A stretch of 64,000 bases of DNA, taken from Lama guanicoe (taxonomy: Eukaryota). Location: assembly GCA_013239625.1 (NCBI GenBank), contig MU053513.1:3516303-3580302 (forward strand), read 5' to 3'. The notes beneath the pieces are model-generated. The model saw only the letters and a list, made by a program, of their open reading frames with translations. It was not told where the DNA came from and did no database searches. A program made the translations under genes and the position numbers. Positions 23,678 through 37,566 of this stretch are shown in pieces (the stretch's first letter is position 1; every line of letters begins with the position of its first letter).

Positions 23678-24779
23678 AATAACCTCATTTCTTATTTATC
23701 ATTTTTTAGGGTAACAAAATTAACTGATATTTATATAATGCTTTTTTAAAAATGTATTTGAAGAAAAAATTTTGTAAAAAAGAGTCTTTAAATAAAGAAT
23801 AATTTTAAATTTTCTTTCCTCTTAAAAGAGAGAGGGGGAATTTAATCCCCTGAACAGTTTAGCAACTTTTTGATTCTAAGATCTTATTTATGTCCCTCTT
23901 GAATATTTCCTATCATGTTTTCAAAATCCTGGCTAGAACATATTTGTTGCATCTTGTTTCAATTTATGAGGACTTTTAATAAATAAATCATCCAATGTGC
24001 TATTAGATAATTTGTGTGTTTAGGGAGCAAGGTATCTTTAAACTTCTTTTGAGGTTTAGGATGTTGATAATAATCAGAGTAGTAGTAGTTATAAGTGGTA
24101 TATTGATCTGGGGACCAAAGCTTGCTCATTTTTAAAATGACACCTAAAGACCCACTTTACCTCATAATTTCAGATTGATTCGCCTCCCTCTGAAGTAGCA
24201 GTTCCCTTCCTCAGGCTGTGAGGACAATGCAGTCTTTCCTCTGTCCCGAGGTGACAAGCCATTTATCTTGTCCCCCTTTTCCCCTTTTCTCAGTGCTTAC
24301 ATTAAAGGCTTTTCTGATTTTTTTTATGCCCAGCAAATAATATTTGTTGTCTATTCAGTAAATATTTGTATTTAGTGTAATCAGTAAATAGTTGTTGAAT
24401 ATAAATACAAATGTAATTCTATTTCCACCATATGTGTTATTTATTCAATTTTCAAATTATCTTGCTAGTAAACTTAACAGGTTCATGTGACTTAATACTA
24501 TTATGTAGTATATTGGATCATTTAGTCTATAAATGCATTTTCCTAGTGTTTCAGATTTTCCTGAAAATCTGATCAGTTAACATAGGAAGAAATGAATATC
24601 TATATCTGAGGGGGAAAGATGAAACTTATCTTTACTCTTTGAAACAAAAAAATTTGGTTCTTAAGGGCAGAGACTGTGCCATGTGTTTCTTTTTTGGTTT
24701 TTTATTTTCATCTACTCTGCAAGTTAGTGGATTGTTGTTAGAGTTTTAAAAAAAGAGATTTGTATTGGACTCAAACTCT

Positions 24780-25165
24780 TGATGTTTTAGGGCTAGAAGG
24801 AATTTTAGAGGTGGTCCAATCTAATCTTTTCATTTTTGTGGCAAGGAAATGGAAACATGAGAGACTGTTGCCATTAACATAGTGTATGTGCATGTATAGG
24901 GACTGATAATAATAACCAACGTGGATTCAACACTTAGGCTACTGGGTGCGATTCTAAGCGCTTTTCATGTATTACCTTGTTAATCCTGGTATCTCCCTTT
25001 TGAGGTTTGTATTAAGTTTTATCCCCATTTGGTCCATGAGTAAAAGCAGGCCAGAGAGGTTAAAATAAGCTCCTCACCCTTACACAGGTGGTAAGTGGGT
25101 AAAGTTGGGATTTAGATCAACATATTTAACCTCTCTGCGCTCTCACTCTTAATTCGTATGCTATA
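24780..25165 (-). mobile_element. Two MIR-family fragments
   Basis: 'ttttagggctagaaggaattttagaggtggtccaatc' and 'ttttatccccatttgg...ggccagagaggttaa...ggtaagtgg'. Confidence 0.7.
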
Positions 25166-28100
25166 TTATTTCTCTGATTAGAGCCAAGATCTTCTGAGCC
25201 CTGATTCCAAATCCTCTATTATTTCCATACACATCTACTTGGAAAAGGTTAGAGATGGCTGAGTTTTCTAGGTGGGAAATAGATTCTAGAGGGGCAGTGA
25301 AAGTGCGGACAGTAATGAAAGGAGGGTGGTGAAGCTGGTGAAATGAGAATAGGATACAGGAGATCTTAGGAGAAGGGCTGCTGGTGTGGAATTCTGGATG
25401 GACAAGAAATTTTTAAATATTATTAGAAGAAAATAGATCTTCCTGAGTGGCCAGTGAAATGACATTTGTTCAGAGGAGTTTAAACTAATCTGGGGTGGCC
25501 CTTCCCAAGAGGAATAGCGAAGCAAGAGATAATTCCAAAGCTCATCTGCAGAAATCTCTATTAGGTACCTTTCTCATCAGGCCTTTCCCTCTTCTGAAAT
25601 AAATTCGCTGTTGTGATTGCGTTTGTCTTTTGCAAGGATTCCTCAGATGATACTGGAAGGACACCTAGACAGAGGACATAAAGGCCACTTTCTTCATTTG
25701 GCTTCTTGCTGAGGTGTGAATACTTAAGAGATGAGGCGGAAAATCCTCATTATCGATGTTATTTTGCCTTGTGAGGGCTTCTTTCATCAATGACACAAAG
25801 GGCAAGTGGGAAAGGACACAGAACTCAATCTCCTCATTTAGTTTCCTGCTGACGTGTGAATAATTCAGGGGTGATGCAGTGTTTTTATTTTATACCATTT
25901 GGCATTTCATGCAGGCAGTTGAAGGAGATCTCTTACCAGAGTCTTGGTAGGACCATCATAGTAGAGTGGCACTTTGAAAGAATTTAGAATTATTTGGAAA
26001 TTCCAGTTACTGAGGGATGTCTTACAAACCAAGGAGCAGTTTTATTGTTTACTACAAGGTTGGTGCAAAGCAGAAGATTATGGGTTTGTTTTTTTTTTAG
26101 GGAAATTCAGAACGATCGTGGATTAAACGTATATTTAAAGAGGAGAAATTCAGGGTGTAACATTCCACTACTCATGTCTCTCTCTTGTACTGACATTTTG
26201 AAAATGTCCTTGAGCCACATAATCCTAGGCCCCAGAAAGCAAACTTACTTGAACTTGGCCTACTAATTGGCAATAACAAAATAAAGCATTCTAAGCAAAA
26301 GTTACACATTAATGTCTTACTATCAAGATTAGCCAATGGCCTATAAATTTTATGAATGTCAGTAACTCCAGTTTGCTGATTATCAATCCAGGAAATGTTA
26401 AGAATATTAGTTATTAGGCATCTATTTGAAAAGGTTAGTATTATGAGATTGAAAATAATATGTTCTAATAGATAAATGTAAGTATACGTAAAGATAATTA
26501 TCCTGGGGCATACTTAATTTAGCTTTATTATACAGCATTAAATGACTTTAATAATAAAGCACAAAATAAATCTAGTAGGTTTAGATTAGACAAATTTACT
26601 GTCGACAGTAAGTGCCTAGGAAATGGTAGAACATGCAGAATGTATGCTTATGAAATTAAAAAGTATTGTTAGAGGTTTGCCATTTTTAGTTATCAGATTG
26701 CTGCCATTTTCCTCCTTTAGAATAAAATCTGCTATTGACAGTGAACTGATTTAATGAAGGAGTGTTTAAATATTCAATGAAGCAGCAAATCTGCTCAAAT
26801 TTTTATGAGCATATAGTTTTGAAGACACAAAACAGGTCTAAAGGAAAGGCTTAGAGTCTGAGATACAGGCGTAAAACAATACACATCTCTATGTCATGTA
26901 TATACTGGATCAGGATTAAAATATTTGGCCTCTTTGGTTTTCTGTGACAGAGCCACACTGCAGAGCCATACAGCTTGTCCTTAAAAGACTGGTTACATAT
27001 TACTTAGTCCAAAATGTTCCACTGACACCTGGGCTAGACATATTTCCACTGGACAAAGTCTGAAAAGGCTACTGCCTTCCAGAGGAAAAGATCATCTTAT
27101 CAAAAAGGAAAGTAATGTATAAAATTATGGGAAGCACATGAGAGAAAAAAGATAAGGCTAGGACCAAGAGAAAGCTTGTAAAATAAGATGTTGATTATGT
27201 GTTGGAATCAGGGAAGCTGAGTACAATGGGGAAAGTCATCTGTAAAATTACTGTCTGTTGAAAGTAAACATAGGGATGTTTCCAAACCAAGGCAGAGAGG
27301 ATAATGAAACATCTATGTGTGAATGGATTCTGATTGGAGCATATAGGTAAGTATTTTTAGCAAAGAACAGTACAAAACAAGGCCCCTCTGCACTAAGCAA
27401 ACAAGCAAAAGCCCATTCTTCTTTCTTCCTCATCAAAGACTGTCTAACACAGTCTAAATCCATATCATCAAGTTAGGAATTTTGCTTTGGAAATCAGCTA
27501 GTAAAATTGAATTATTTCTTTAGACATCATCTTTCCCTCTTTGGAAAACTACCCATATCTTTTTATTTTATGAGCTGTTTGTTTTAATTTTTAACCAGCA
27601 TTAATTTTAACAGCTTTTATCCAATTCTTGGCTGATGAATATTCCCAAAGAAGTTTTTGAAGGGTTATTCAGGGTTGCTCCTTTTGGATCTTCCATGCAG
27701 GCTCTGGAGATGTTGGGAAATGCTTGTGAGTAATTTTCATGCAGAAAAAAGGACACCTAGCAGATTTCACTCAACTGTAATTCAATCAGGAAGTTCTGGT
27801 GGCATTCTAAAGCTGGAAAGTACAGTTTGAATGCTTTATGAATAATACCACATTGCCAACATTGAATTACAGCTAGTATTTTTACTCGACGACTAGGAAT
27901 ACGAGGAACATAAAACAATTTTATAGCCAGTTACCTTTGAGGTTGAGGGAGATGGCAATTCATCACACCAGAGGTCTTTAGTGCACACCACAAAGAAAGA
28001 TTATAATATGTGTAGGAACAAAGACGTGCCACTTGTCAGCCTATGAAGAGGAGGATTTGAATATAGAGGACGCCGTGGTCTGAGAAGCATTACAGGACTT

Positions 28101-29540
28101 GTGAAATGAGGACAGGATGGCGATGCTTTTGAGGACACTCAGGATGCCAGGGACACAAAACCTAGTCTTCACACATACCACATTTATACTTTAATCGGAA
28201 AAATTCTACTGAGACTAGCCTTTCAGCAAGGGAATATTATCTAAACAGAACACAGTCATTTCAGCTGTTAGATGAAGAAACTTCTATTTTATGAGCCTGG
28301 AAAGAAGTGAGTTGAATGTTATCGTAAGACAACACATGGTCTGGAGGCACCCTGGGGTGCTGATATCTCACATCCCAGCCCAAGCTCTGAACCCCTTAGC
28401 CTGCTTGATAATTGTCAGAGTTATTTTAATTTGAGCCATAACCAATTATTTATGTAAAAATATACTGTAAAGACCATCGTTGGAGAGCAAGAACATGAAA
28501 ATGTATTTTTTCCAACTTGTTGAGATGAATGAATTTTCAAAAATGTTATTAACTTTGCAGAATGAGTAGCAAGTCTAAACAGCTCTGCATTTAAAAATGC
28601 CTTGGCTTTCCTCTCAGAAGAACGAAATGAGCTGATACTCATGACCGGGTCACACGTGGACTGGAGACGGGTGCTCTGCACATTTCCTCCTGCACGGTTC
28701 ACCCTAAAGATACCTTAATTTTGTCATGGAGACTTTGTATCCTAGTTTTGCTCCTTTGTCTTCTTTGAGAGCTCTATTCCCAGTGGCGTGGGAATGGGAA
28801 GAATGAAATGCCCAGTTACGGTCATTATTCAGTTCCCTTTGGCATTATATTGAATTTTTACTATTTTTTTTTTAACCCAGGGATAGGTGCTCTGCCCAGT
28901 ATCCTGAAGTGCCAGAGCCCTACTGGAATATGGTTTCTAATCTCTCCCAATCCTGCTTTGTGGGGGATGTGTAGAACCCGAGAGGACTTCCCAGGACATG
29001 CCACAAAAGAGAGTGAGGCTGGAAGCTGAGAATGAGTAGGAAATGGTGTTACAAATACAGATCAGAGAGGTACAGGCCGAGTAGCTTCTTGGCCCTGGTT
29101 CTTAAGAAAGTGCAGAACTGGGGACAGAGGATGGTAACTGGCTCTTCTGCATTTTCCCTGAGGATAGAATAGGAGTAAATGGACGTAAGCAATGACTTGA
29201 AGGGTTTAGAGACTGAGCTAAGAGAAAGCCGCCCATCTAAGACAGTTAACAGAGGAAGATTAACAAGAGATGGAGGGCACTGGAATGCCAGAGAGCAGAA
29301 ATACCTTGAAAAAATTAGAAAAGAAAACAAACCAAACCACCAACCAACAACAATAACATAGTATCTGAAAAAGAGGCATTAACTATGTCTGCATCCTCTC
29401 AATATGATGACTGCATGATTGATGGATTGTGCTCTCCAGATCACCATTGGGAGACAAAGCAATTGGTTAAAATGATTCTGAAAGCTGCCTATACCATTCC
29501 TCCCTCCCTTCCTTTTGCCCTTGTTCTGATTGAGTTCATG

Positions 29541-29552
29541 GTGTGTGTGAGT

Positions 29553-29584
<32 letters not shown>
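29541..29584. repeat. (GT)n microsatellite with GA interruptions
   Basis: Read directly from the sequence. Confidence 0.95.
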
Positions 29585-30049
29585 ATTAGTTGGAGAGGGA
29601 TTTGAAACGACGTTTCCTTGTTGAAAAGAAGGCCTCAAATGAACAATAGTCTACATCTCAGGGAGATTTCTATCCTGGGGATCCTTTTTAAGGCAGGGAC
29701 TCAAGCAAGGATGAGAAAGGTGCCCTAGACTTGCCCTGTAATGAGATGTTACAAGCCATTAATTTTATGAAACTCCAAAGAAACCCTAGTCAGGCCATAA
29801 AATAAGAAAAAAAAAATATCTTCTAAGAATCACTGAGAAAATACTAGCTTTCCAGGTTCAGTGAATGAATTTGACTGAGGCTTTTTGTTTCTTTTTCTGT
29901 TGTATTTGAAGCTGTGGTGCTTAATTAGTTTTTGCCTTTTCCCCTGAAACCCTTGTAAAATGCTTTAGTTCTAAGGCTTTTAAGGGAGCTAGAAGCCCCA
30001 AATGGTAGGAGGTCAAATCAGAAGCACTCACTCAGAGCTTTCTTAGCCC

Positions 30050-30480
30050 TACATTGTTGTGAAGATCAAGTTCACGCTCTTTACCTTACAAGGGGCCACC
30101 TGCTCGCCCCTTACTTCATTTCCCAGCCTCATTTCTCCACCTGGTCCCCCAGCTTCTCCCAGTCCTCTGACCTGCCGGGCTTTGCCCACCCCAGCCGTGG
30201 AGCGTTGCTTCCTCTGCTTCCACTTCCTTTCACGAGGCTCCCTCGGAAGGAGTTTAGTTTGGACTTGACTTTCCCCGGGAGGCTGACCCACCGGGATCAC
30301 ACGCCCTCTGGGTCATGTCTGGATCACGGCCCACCTGTGTGTTCCCACCACACCTTCCCTATTTCGGCAGTCATCACGCTGTATAATAATTTAGATGCCT
30401 ACTTACTTGGCTGTAGTCATCCATGCTAGGCTATAAATTCTACTGTTACGTTCTGGAAGAGAGCTTGTCACATAAACTAG
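30050..30480 (+). mobile_element. L2 3' fragment, unusually CpG-rich
   Basis: 'gaagatcaagttcacgctctttacc...ccagcctcatttctcc...catcacgctgtataataat...gctaggctataaattc'. Confidence 0.55.
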
Positions 30481-31260
30481 CTTTGGTGGGAGGATTATTT
30501 CAAACTTGGAGACCCAATTTTAGCTGTGGCCACAGGTGAGGGCATTTATAAGGGGACAAAACTATACATCACTTGCTTTCTCTTGTGTGCCCATTCTCTC
30601 CCGTCTTATATAAATGTTGTAAAATGTAGTCCTGGGGTTTTTGAAAAACAAAGCTTTTAGTTTCATGTGTGGACCTCATTCAATTTTTTAAAAAAGTCTT
30701 GTACTGAGGATTGATTTGAAAGCTGAGTTATTACAAAAAGCCCTTATCTTTCCAGGGTCATTCCTTAGTTGCTCTTGCACAAACACCTAAACTGCGGGAA
30801 TCCCTTTAATGTGATGTGAAATGAAATGGTGGTGATAGATACTTGCCTCTAAAGAAAGTTTTTGCCTAGAAAATATACAAGTCATCCTTGAAGCCCCCAG
30901 CCCTTTGAATGGCAGTGTTTCATTGTGAGAGGCAGAATACACTGACTACTTTTTATTTGTCTCATAACCAGGACATCTTACCCCGATGGCATAATATTTT
31001 TATTCCATTATACGCCATAACATTTGCTAATGTTTTTTCACTAAGTTACACACACATTGGTTTCAGAATGATACAACGGAAAGAAAATGGAAAAAAAATC
31101 ATTAATACTTTCAGCTGGGAATGGTAATAAAATCCACTTCTGAATTACATAAATGGCATCATTGTCTTAAATGGCACATGGTGTTACGGAGAAATGCTTA
31201 TTATGTCATAATTTATATAAGTTTTTTTATGCATTCTTTCATCAGTCACTCAGTCTTCAA

Positions 31261-31599
31261 CTGTGCTGCTCAAGATGGTAGCCCCTAGCCGCAGGTGGCT
31301 ATGGAGCACCTCAGATGGAGCTAATCTGAATTGAGATGAGCCGTAAAGGTAAAACAGAGGGTAGACGTCAAAGACCTGGTTTAAAAAAAAAAAGGTTTAA
31401 AAATGTTTTATTAATGATTTTTATATTGATTACAAGTTGAAACTGATGATAATCTGGGATATACTAGGTTAAACAAAAGATATTGTTAAGGTCAGTTTCA
31501 TCTGTTTCTTTTTTCTTTTTTAATGCAGTTACTAGAAAACTTAAAATTATTTACATGGTTTACATGTGTACCTGGCACTATTTCTGTTGGATAGTACTG
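31261..31599 (-). mobile_element. MER33 (hAT-Charlie family)
   Basis: 'ctgtgctgctcaagatggtagcccctagccgcaggtggctat...tttatattgattaca...ttactagaaaacttaaaattat...tatttctgttggatagtactg', followed by the hAT-type target 'gtctagac'. Confidence 0.85.
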
Positions 31600-31758
31600 G
31601 TCTAGACAGTTTCTAAACAATTAGGGCTTTTGTTTTGTTTTATTAGAAAAGGTGGCATTTAGTCACTGTAGCAAGTAATACTTGGCAACAGATTGACTTG
31701 AAGGAACAGGATCCCCAAAAGGCAATTAAGTTATACCTAATGTCTTGGGATAAACCAC

Positions 31759-31797
<39 letters not shown>
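31759..31797. repeat. (TCA)13 microsatellite inside a MIR remnant
   Basis: Read directly. The flank 'ctgtgaggattcagtaaaacagtatgtgtgaag' is MIR-like. Confidence 0.95.
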
Positions 31798-33494
31798 CTA
31801 CTCGAGTGAACTAATATTACTGTTTGCCTCTTTGGATTCTGTGAGGATTCAGTAAAACAGTATGTGTGAAGGAGGTAACCTAAATAAAAACTGTTTCATG
31901 GCTAGAAGTGTACAGATGAAAACTGTCAGATAAAAATGATCAGGAAACAATTTAAAAACTATTTTCCAACATGATATATGGCAGTAATGTGTGCTATTAT
32001 CTGTAGATTCAATTAAAGCATCGGAGAATGGGCTTCTTTTGGTTTGTGTGAAGACTTGTTATCCCAGCAGCATTTTTCATGTAGCTGTATAATCCGTGTA
32101 CCCATACTTCTGAATGGTGCTTGATACTATGTTTGATCAATATATCAGCCTATATGTAATCAATATAACGGCCTATATGTAATAATCCCCTTATTCTTGG
32201 ACATTGAGTTGCTTCTAGTTTTTTCCTCAATTATTAATGTGATAAATATCTGTAAAACTCTTCTCATATTTTGAATAATTTTCCAAGGATATCAGACTGA
32301 TTTTAAAGGAGATAATGAGTTATGTAGCAATAGAAAGACCATTCAGATTCCTGGCTGAAACTGAACAAATTATCTAACTAGGACAGAGTTGAATATGAAC
32401 TGTTTCCTCATCTGTCTTTCTAGAATAGGAAAGATAAGTGAGGCAAAGATTTACTAAATGTTGACATGAGGTTGTTCCTATGTGAAAACACTGGCAATAA
32501 AAAGTAGTAATAAAACCAACAGAGATTTTGGGTATTTCAATTTCAGTATCTAGATCTTGTTAGAAACTGAAACCTTGAATGCGGAGTTTTAGTCTCATTG
32601 CACAGTGTTGTCTAAAGCAGTCCAAGGGACTCAGAGGGCCCTGCAACTGTATAAAGACTCAGATAATTGACCAATATCACATGTGAATTAGTTTAAATCT
32701 GCACATTGGATTTGGGAAGAGGCCATTATTTATAATTCACAACTTTCTGTTCCATGAAAAAAAGTTGTGGAAGAAAGCTTTTATTTTGCCCACGACTGTG
32801 TGTTTGTAAAAGTTTTATTTTCAGAGCAGATGTTTAAAGCCCCAAAAGCTGCGTTTACATTTTGTGAAAGTATTTATTGTCTTAATCACACAGAGCTTCT
32901 GTTGCTCGTGGTAGGTTAGAAATTGCAACTCATCCCAAATGAAGTTGGGCGGAAATAGGAAGGCAACTCCAAATTAAGGCAGAGCACTTTAATAATGATG
33001 TCTTTTAAAATACGGCTTCTCATTATCATAACGTTACAAACCCTGTTTGTAGTCAGAGTTCAAGAGCAAATGTTCCAAGCTGCTGCTGCAGTGCTCATTC
33101 ACATGGAGAGGACAGCACAGAGAATGTATATTCAGTGAGGCTGATTTGTGCAGTTTATGTGCTATGCATATAGAGCTGTTAATTTTAATATAGTTGCCCT
33201 TACTCTCAAGAACACCTGCTCCCCAAACAATCCCATTATAAAATCAACTCTCTCAAGAATTATTTCCTATTTACATTGCTTGGTTTTAAGAGCAATGCTT
33301 GAGCACTGCTTGGGTATAAGAATGTTTTAAAGCTACAATTGCTGTGATATTGGTTGAACGCTTACAAGGTTCTAGGCACCTTAAAGACCATGACTGTTGC
33401 CCCTGCATCATGTGTTGAAAATTTTAATGATGGAGTGGAGACATTCTAGAAATAAAAATAAAAATAAAAATAATAATAATAATAATAATAGAAA

Positions 33495-33610
33495 AGTATT
33501 CCATTTAGAATCAAAACATCTGGGCTCCGTTACTTGGGTGCTTTGTCACTTTGGGCAAGTCATAACTTTGGAAAGCTACTGACTTTCCTTGTTGAGAAAG
33601 TGAGTGCAGA
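33495..33610 (+). mobile_element. MIR fragment preceded by (TAAAAA)n(AAT)n
   Basis: 'ttagaatcaaaacatctggg...tgtcactttgggcaagtcataact'. Confidence 0.6.
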
Positions 33611-33719
33611 GTGGAATGAATGATTCTTGGATCTTGATGTGCATAACTTGTTCACTGTTCCTACTAGTTGGGTCAAAAGATATGAAGCTTTTATTTAAGT
33701 GACACCCCTGGGCACTCTT

Positions 33720-35305
33720 GTTTGCTAATATCTCCTCTCTCTCTCTGAGCTCATCCATTCCCACAGCTTCGACTATTCTGATGGCATCTAATTCTCTATC
33801 TTTCCCTTGGACCTCTTTCCTGAGCTCTAAACCTATGTCATTGTCAACTGGAAATTTCTACTTGGGAATTCCACAGGTATCTTCAAACTCATTATGTTCA
33901 ATATCAAATTCATCATTTCCACCAGCCCCTTGATTTTTCTCACGACTTCCACATACATTTTTTGAATGCATGCTTTATGGAGGATTGGGCTAGGCATGAG
34001 AAATGCAGTGGTATATAATATAGTTGCTTTCTTCACTACGATCACAGACTAATATAAGTAAATACAATTCAAACAAGTTCAACATGTAATCGGCACTTCC
34101 TTCCTTAATTTTTGGAAAACTATCATCATCTTTGATTTCTCTTCCTTCATTTTAGTATATTCCTAATCAATAAATTCTTCTCTTTTCATCTTCCTGTCTC
34201 GTATTTCCATGTCTCCACCCATCTGTAATGTAACTACCTTAGTTCAAACCATCAGAATCTCTTTATTGGACTATTGCAATAGCTTTCTGTTTGTTCTCCA
34301 AGCCTCCGAGACTCCCTTAAATGCGTTATAAATACTATTATCAGAGTGATCAACCTATAATTGTATGCTTCTCCCAGATCAAAACTCTTCAGTAGTTCCG
34401 CATCACCTGTGGGATAAAGCTTAAGGTTCTTAGCAGGGCACTCATTCCCTTTCCTTTCACTCCAGTCTCATGACTAAGCATTTGTTTCATGCCTTATACC
34501 CCAGAAACATTGATCTACTTATGTTTGGTTGGTCTCCTATACAACATGCCATTTATCACCTCCAAGCCTGTCTTTCTTTCTTTTTCCTTTCTTTCCTTCT
34601 CTTCTGCCAGAAACAACTATTTCTAACTCCTATGGCACCATCCTTTGGTTTTCTTTCTCATTTTTTAAGACTCAGCTAAGGTGAATATCTTCTTAACTCT
34701 TCTAGGGTGAGTTAAGTGCCCTCTATGATTTCACTTATCACATAATGTTGAAATTCCCTGTTTATGTGCTGGGCTTCATTCACCACATTATAAAGTTGTT
34801 CAGAGTAGGGGCTGTCTTAGTCCTTTTATTCTCAGTGCTCAGCATGTGGTAGGTGCTCAATAAATGTTGAACTGAATCAAAGAATATGGTCCCTGATTCT
34901 TCCTCAACTTCATTTCCTGCCATTTTCTTCCTGCTCTGTTGTTCCACCTCACTGAACTTGAGTTCTTTGAATATTCCATGGTTTAACTTCTAGGCTGTTT
35001 ATAGGAATGATGCTGTTTCATTGCTGGGAATATCTTTCCTCCTGCTTCTCTGTGTGGTTTGTTACCACTTGTTCTGTAAGTCTGACAGTTTGACTTAGGC
35101 ATCTCTTGCTGTAGGAAGCCCCATTCCTCTTCCCCAGCATTCCCATTTTAGGACAGATTACGAGGTGTACTTCTGTTTTCTTAAAGCACCCTGTGCTGTC
35201 ATAGCACTGTTTGTATTGATTGTCCTTTTGGGTTTACTTTTCCTTTGACTGAGCCCTCTGGTATCCAGCACTGTGCCTAGCATTTAGTGGGCACTTAATA
35301 AAGCT
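33720..35305 (+). mobile_element. Two successive L2 3' portions
   Basis: 'ggacctctttcctgagctctaaacc', 'tggactattgcaatagc', with tails 'taggtgctcaataaatgttgaactgaat' (~34870) and 'cagcactgtgcctagcatttagtgggcacttaataaa' (~35300). Confidence 0.8.
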
Positions 35306-35756
35306 TTCTTTAAAAAAACATTTTCTCCCTAATTGCATTAAAAAGAGAAGAGAGAGTTAACATTTTGAGAACCTAGTATGTGCCTGCCACTGTGCCAAGT
35401 ATTTATCTGTACAGTTTTTGGAGAAAAGCAATCGGAGACAAGAGCCTTGGCAAACAGGAAGCATTTGCAGCTCCACAATCTTAGACCTGTGCTTACCCAC
35501 AGGCTTGGGGAGCTTCACTGTTTCCCCCATGTGTACTATAAAAAGCTGTTTCTCTTATTAGAAAATGTGTGGACCTATTGGTTAAGTCTACAGATAATTA
35601 GCTTATTTTGTAATATTCTCTGCTTTATTGGGGGGAAATTCTATTTTAATAGACTAAGATACTTCTTAAACTGGGACAAGCATTCTCTAGGGGTATGAAA
35701 CCGCAGAATAAACAGACGCATCCTCTGCATGTTAACGTTTACTCATAGTTGCAGAT

Positions 35757-36480
35757 ACTTCTGGTTAAAGATGGTGGAGCAAAGCCATTTGAATGCTCCT
35801 TTCCTCCCCAAAACCCATAAAAACAATAAAGCAAACAAACAAAAAACCAACCCTCCCCCAAATCCCCATAGAATAAAAATCACGGAAGAAACACTATGTT
35901 CAAGTGAAAAAAGAAAGACCAACAATTATGAAGAAGATCAGCCAAATAGTGTAATTTGGATCAAATATGAGGGACCACTGAGAGCAAACATAGACCTTTT
36001 CAGACTTGGGGTGAAGGAAATGTCTGTAAACATGAATGTCACAGACCAGAAAGGCCCATTCAGTGATCTTTCAATGAAAATGAATAGACACAGGGGCAGG
36101 GGAAGGCCCACAGAAATGGAGGGATAACCCTGTGGAGTCCAAGTTCCCTACCCAAGTCTGGTTCTAGTTCTGTACCCAGCACCCCAAGGAAGTGCTACAG
36201 AAGGGGAGCCCCACGGCCTAGCTGTCCTGGTGAGCTGTAACCTAGATCCTGAGCTGAGGGAGATTGCTAGGGGTGAGGTTGGTAAAGGAACAAAACGGGA
36301 AGTATTTTCTGAGTTTGTAATTAAAGATCCTTTGCTGTAAGCTAGGCCAGCCTTGTATCTAAAGCCGAGAGGAGACATGCACCCAGGGGAGAGAACACGA
36401 CACACGTGGAAAGACATCATTGGCAGCAATAAACCACAATTGAAGCTGCAGACTTCCCCAGCCCAAATAATCACAAAAAT
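35757..36480 (+). mobile_element. Ancient L1ME/HAL1-type 5' end (5'UTR)
   Basis: Starts 'acttctggttaaagatggtgg', a decayed 'acttccgg..aagatggcgg' YY1-type L1 start, followed by 'ctcctttcctccccaaaaccc'. Confidence 0.5.
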
Positions 36481-36539
36481 AAATGTATAATTATGAATAG
36501 TGACAAAATTACAGGGTGCCGTTAACAGTGTATAACAGA

Positions 36540-37093
36540 GATGTTGTCTGTGGCTCTGGTAAGCTTCCCCTGAGAAAGCTGTTTGAGTTGAGAACTGAAG
36601 TATGAGTCAGTGAGGCAAATGGAGGAGAACATTCTTGCCAGAGAGATGAGCAAGTTCAAAATCTTTGTGGCAGGTGAGAGCGTCCTGTGGGTAAGAAGCA
36701 GAAAAGGCACGTGTGGCTAGAGTACAGACATGAAAGAAAATGGGGAGAGCAGGAGAATCATGAGGGGTGAGACTACAAGAAAATAAGGTCACATATGTGG
36801 AACTTTAGAGTTCTTGTTAGTGATGCCTAAGAGCAATGCGAAGCAACTGAAAGATTTTAATCAGAGTTATGACATGATTAAATTTGCATGTTAAAACCAT
36901 CCCTTTGACTGTAATGAAGACGACTGATTTGGAAGCAAAGGATAGTGTGGATGCCGGAAGACCAGTAAAACAGGTGAGAGGTGATGATAGCTCAGACAAA
37001 GGCTGTGACAGTGAAGATGCAGGTAAATGGGCAGTTTTGTGAAATATGTAAGAGGAAAATAGACATAATTTGGTGATGGATTGGATTTTGGGA
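36540..37093 (-). mobile_element. L2 fragment
   Basis: 'aagcaactgaaagattttaatcagag...tgacatgattaaatttgcatgttaaaaccatccctttgactg...tttggtgatggattggat'. Confidence 0.8.
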
Positions 37094-37566
37094 TGTGTGT
37101 GACAGAAACGATGAACTGTTCTCTGTATCCATTTTCCCTTCATTTCTTCTAGAGACAGTATCACCTATCCTGAGTTTGAGCCTTTCACATGATCACCCAG
37201 CTATAGAGCCTACATTGTCAGATTCTCTTTCAGTTAGATGTGACCATGGACTAAATTGGACCAAGTTCCCTCCAAAAACACAAGGATGCTTGCCGTGGAC
37301 TCTAAGCCCCTTTCATGCCTGGAACAAGGTCATGGTGCTGATGATCTAGTTTCCATCCATGCAGATTTGAGCATCAACTTCAGGGCTGGCAGAAGGAGGT
37401 GGTGGAAACCTAGGCTCTTGAATGACCTTGTGGAGCAGAACCTCACCTACTGGCTTTATTCTACTCACTTTTGCATTTTTATGCATCATGAAAATCATTT
37501 CCTATTTTGGGCGAGCCACTGTATTTTTGGATGGATTTGTTTCAGTAGTTTAACCTAATTATTCCA
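37094..37566 (+). mobile_element. MLT1H-like solo LTR inserted in L2
   Basis: 'ctctttcagttagatgtgaccatggactaaatt...tgaatgaccttgtggagcaga...agccactgtatttttgg'. L2 resumes afterwards. Confidence 0.75.

Noticed and set aside
26596..26611. 16-bp perfect palindrome ttactgtcgacagtaa (also 4394-4412 and 24551-24572)
   Set aside because: Arms of 8-10 bp are expected a few times by chance in 64 kb of AT-rich DNA, and there is no supporting context.
27701..27725. Plus-strand micro-exon candidate (cag|GCTCTG...GCTT|gtgagt) and similar isolated splice-like sites
   Set aside because: 25 nt long, not frame-preserving, with no recognisable peptide. Such sites are common in introns.
32136..32181. 23-bp tandem pair with two mismatches
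   Set aside because: Ordinary old slippage duplication inside an L1-like remnant.
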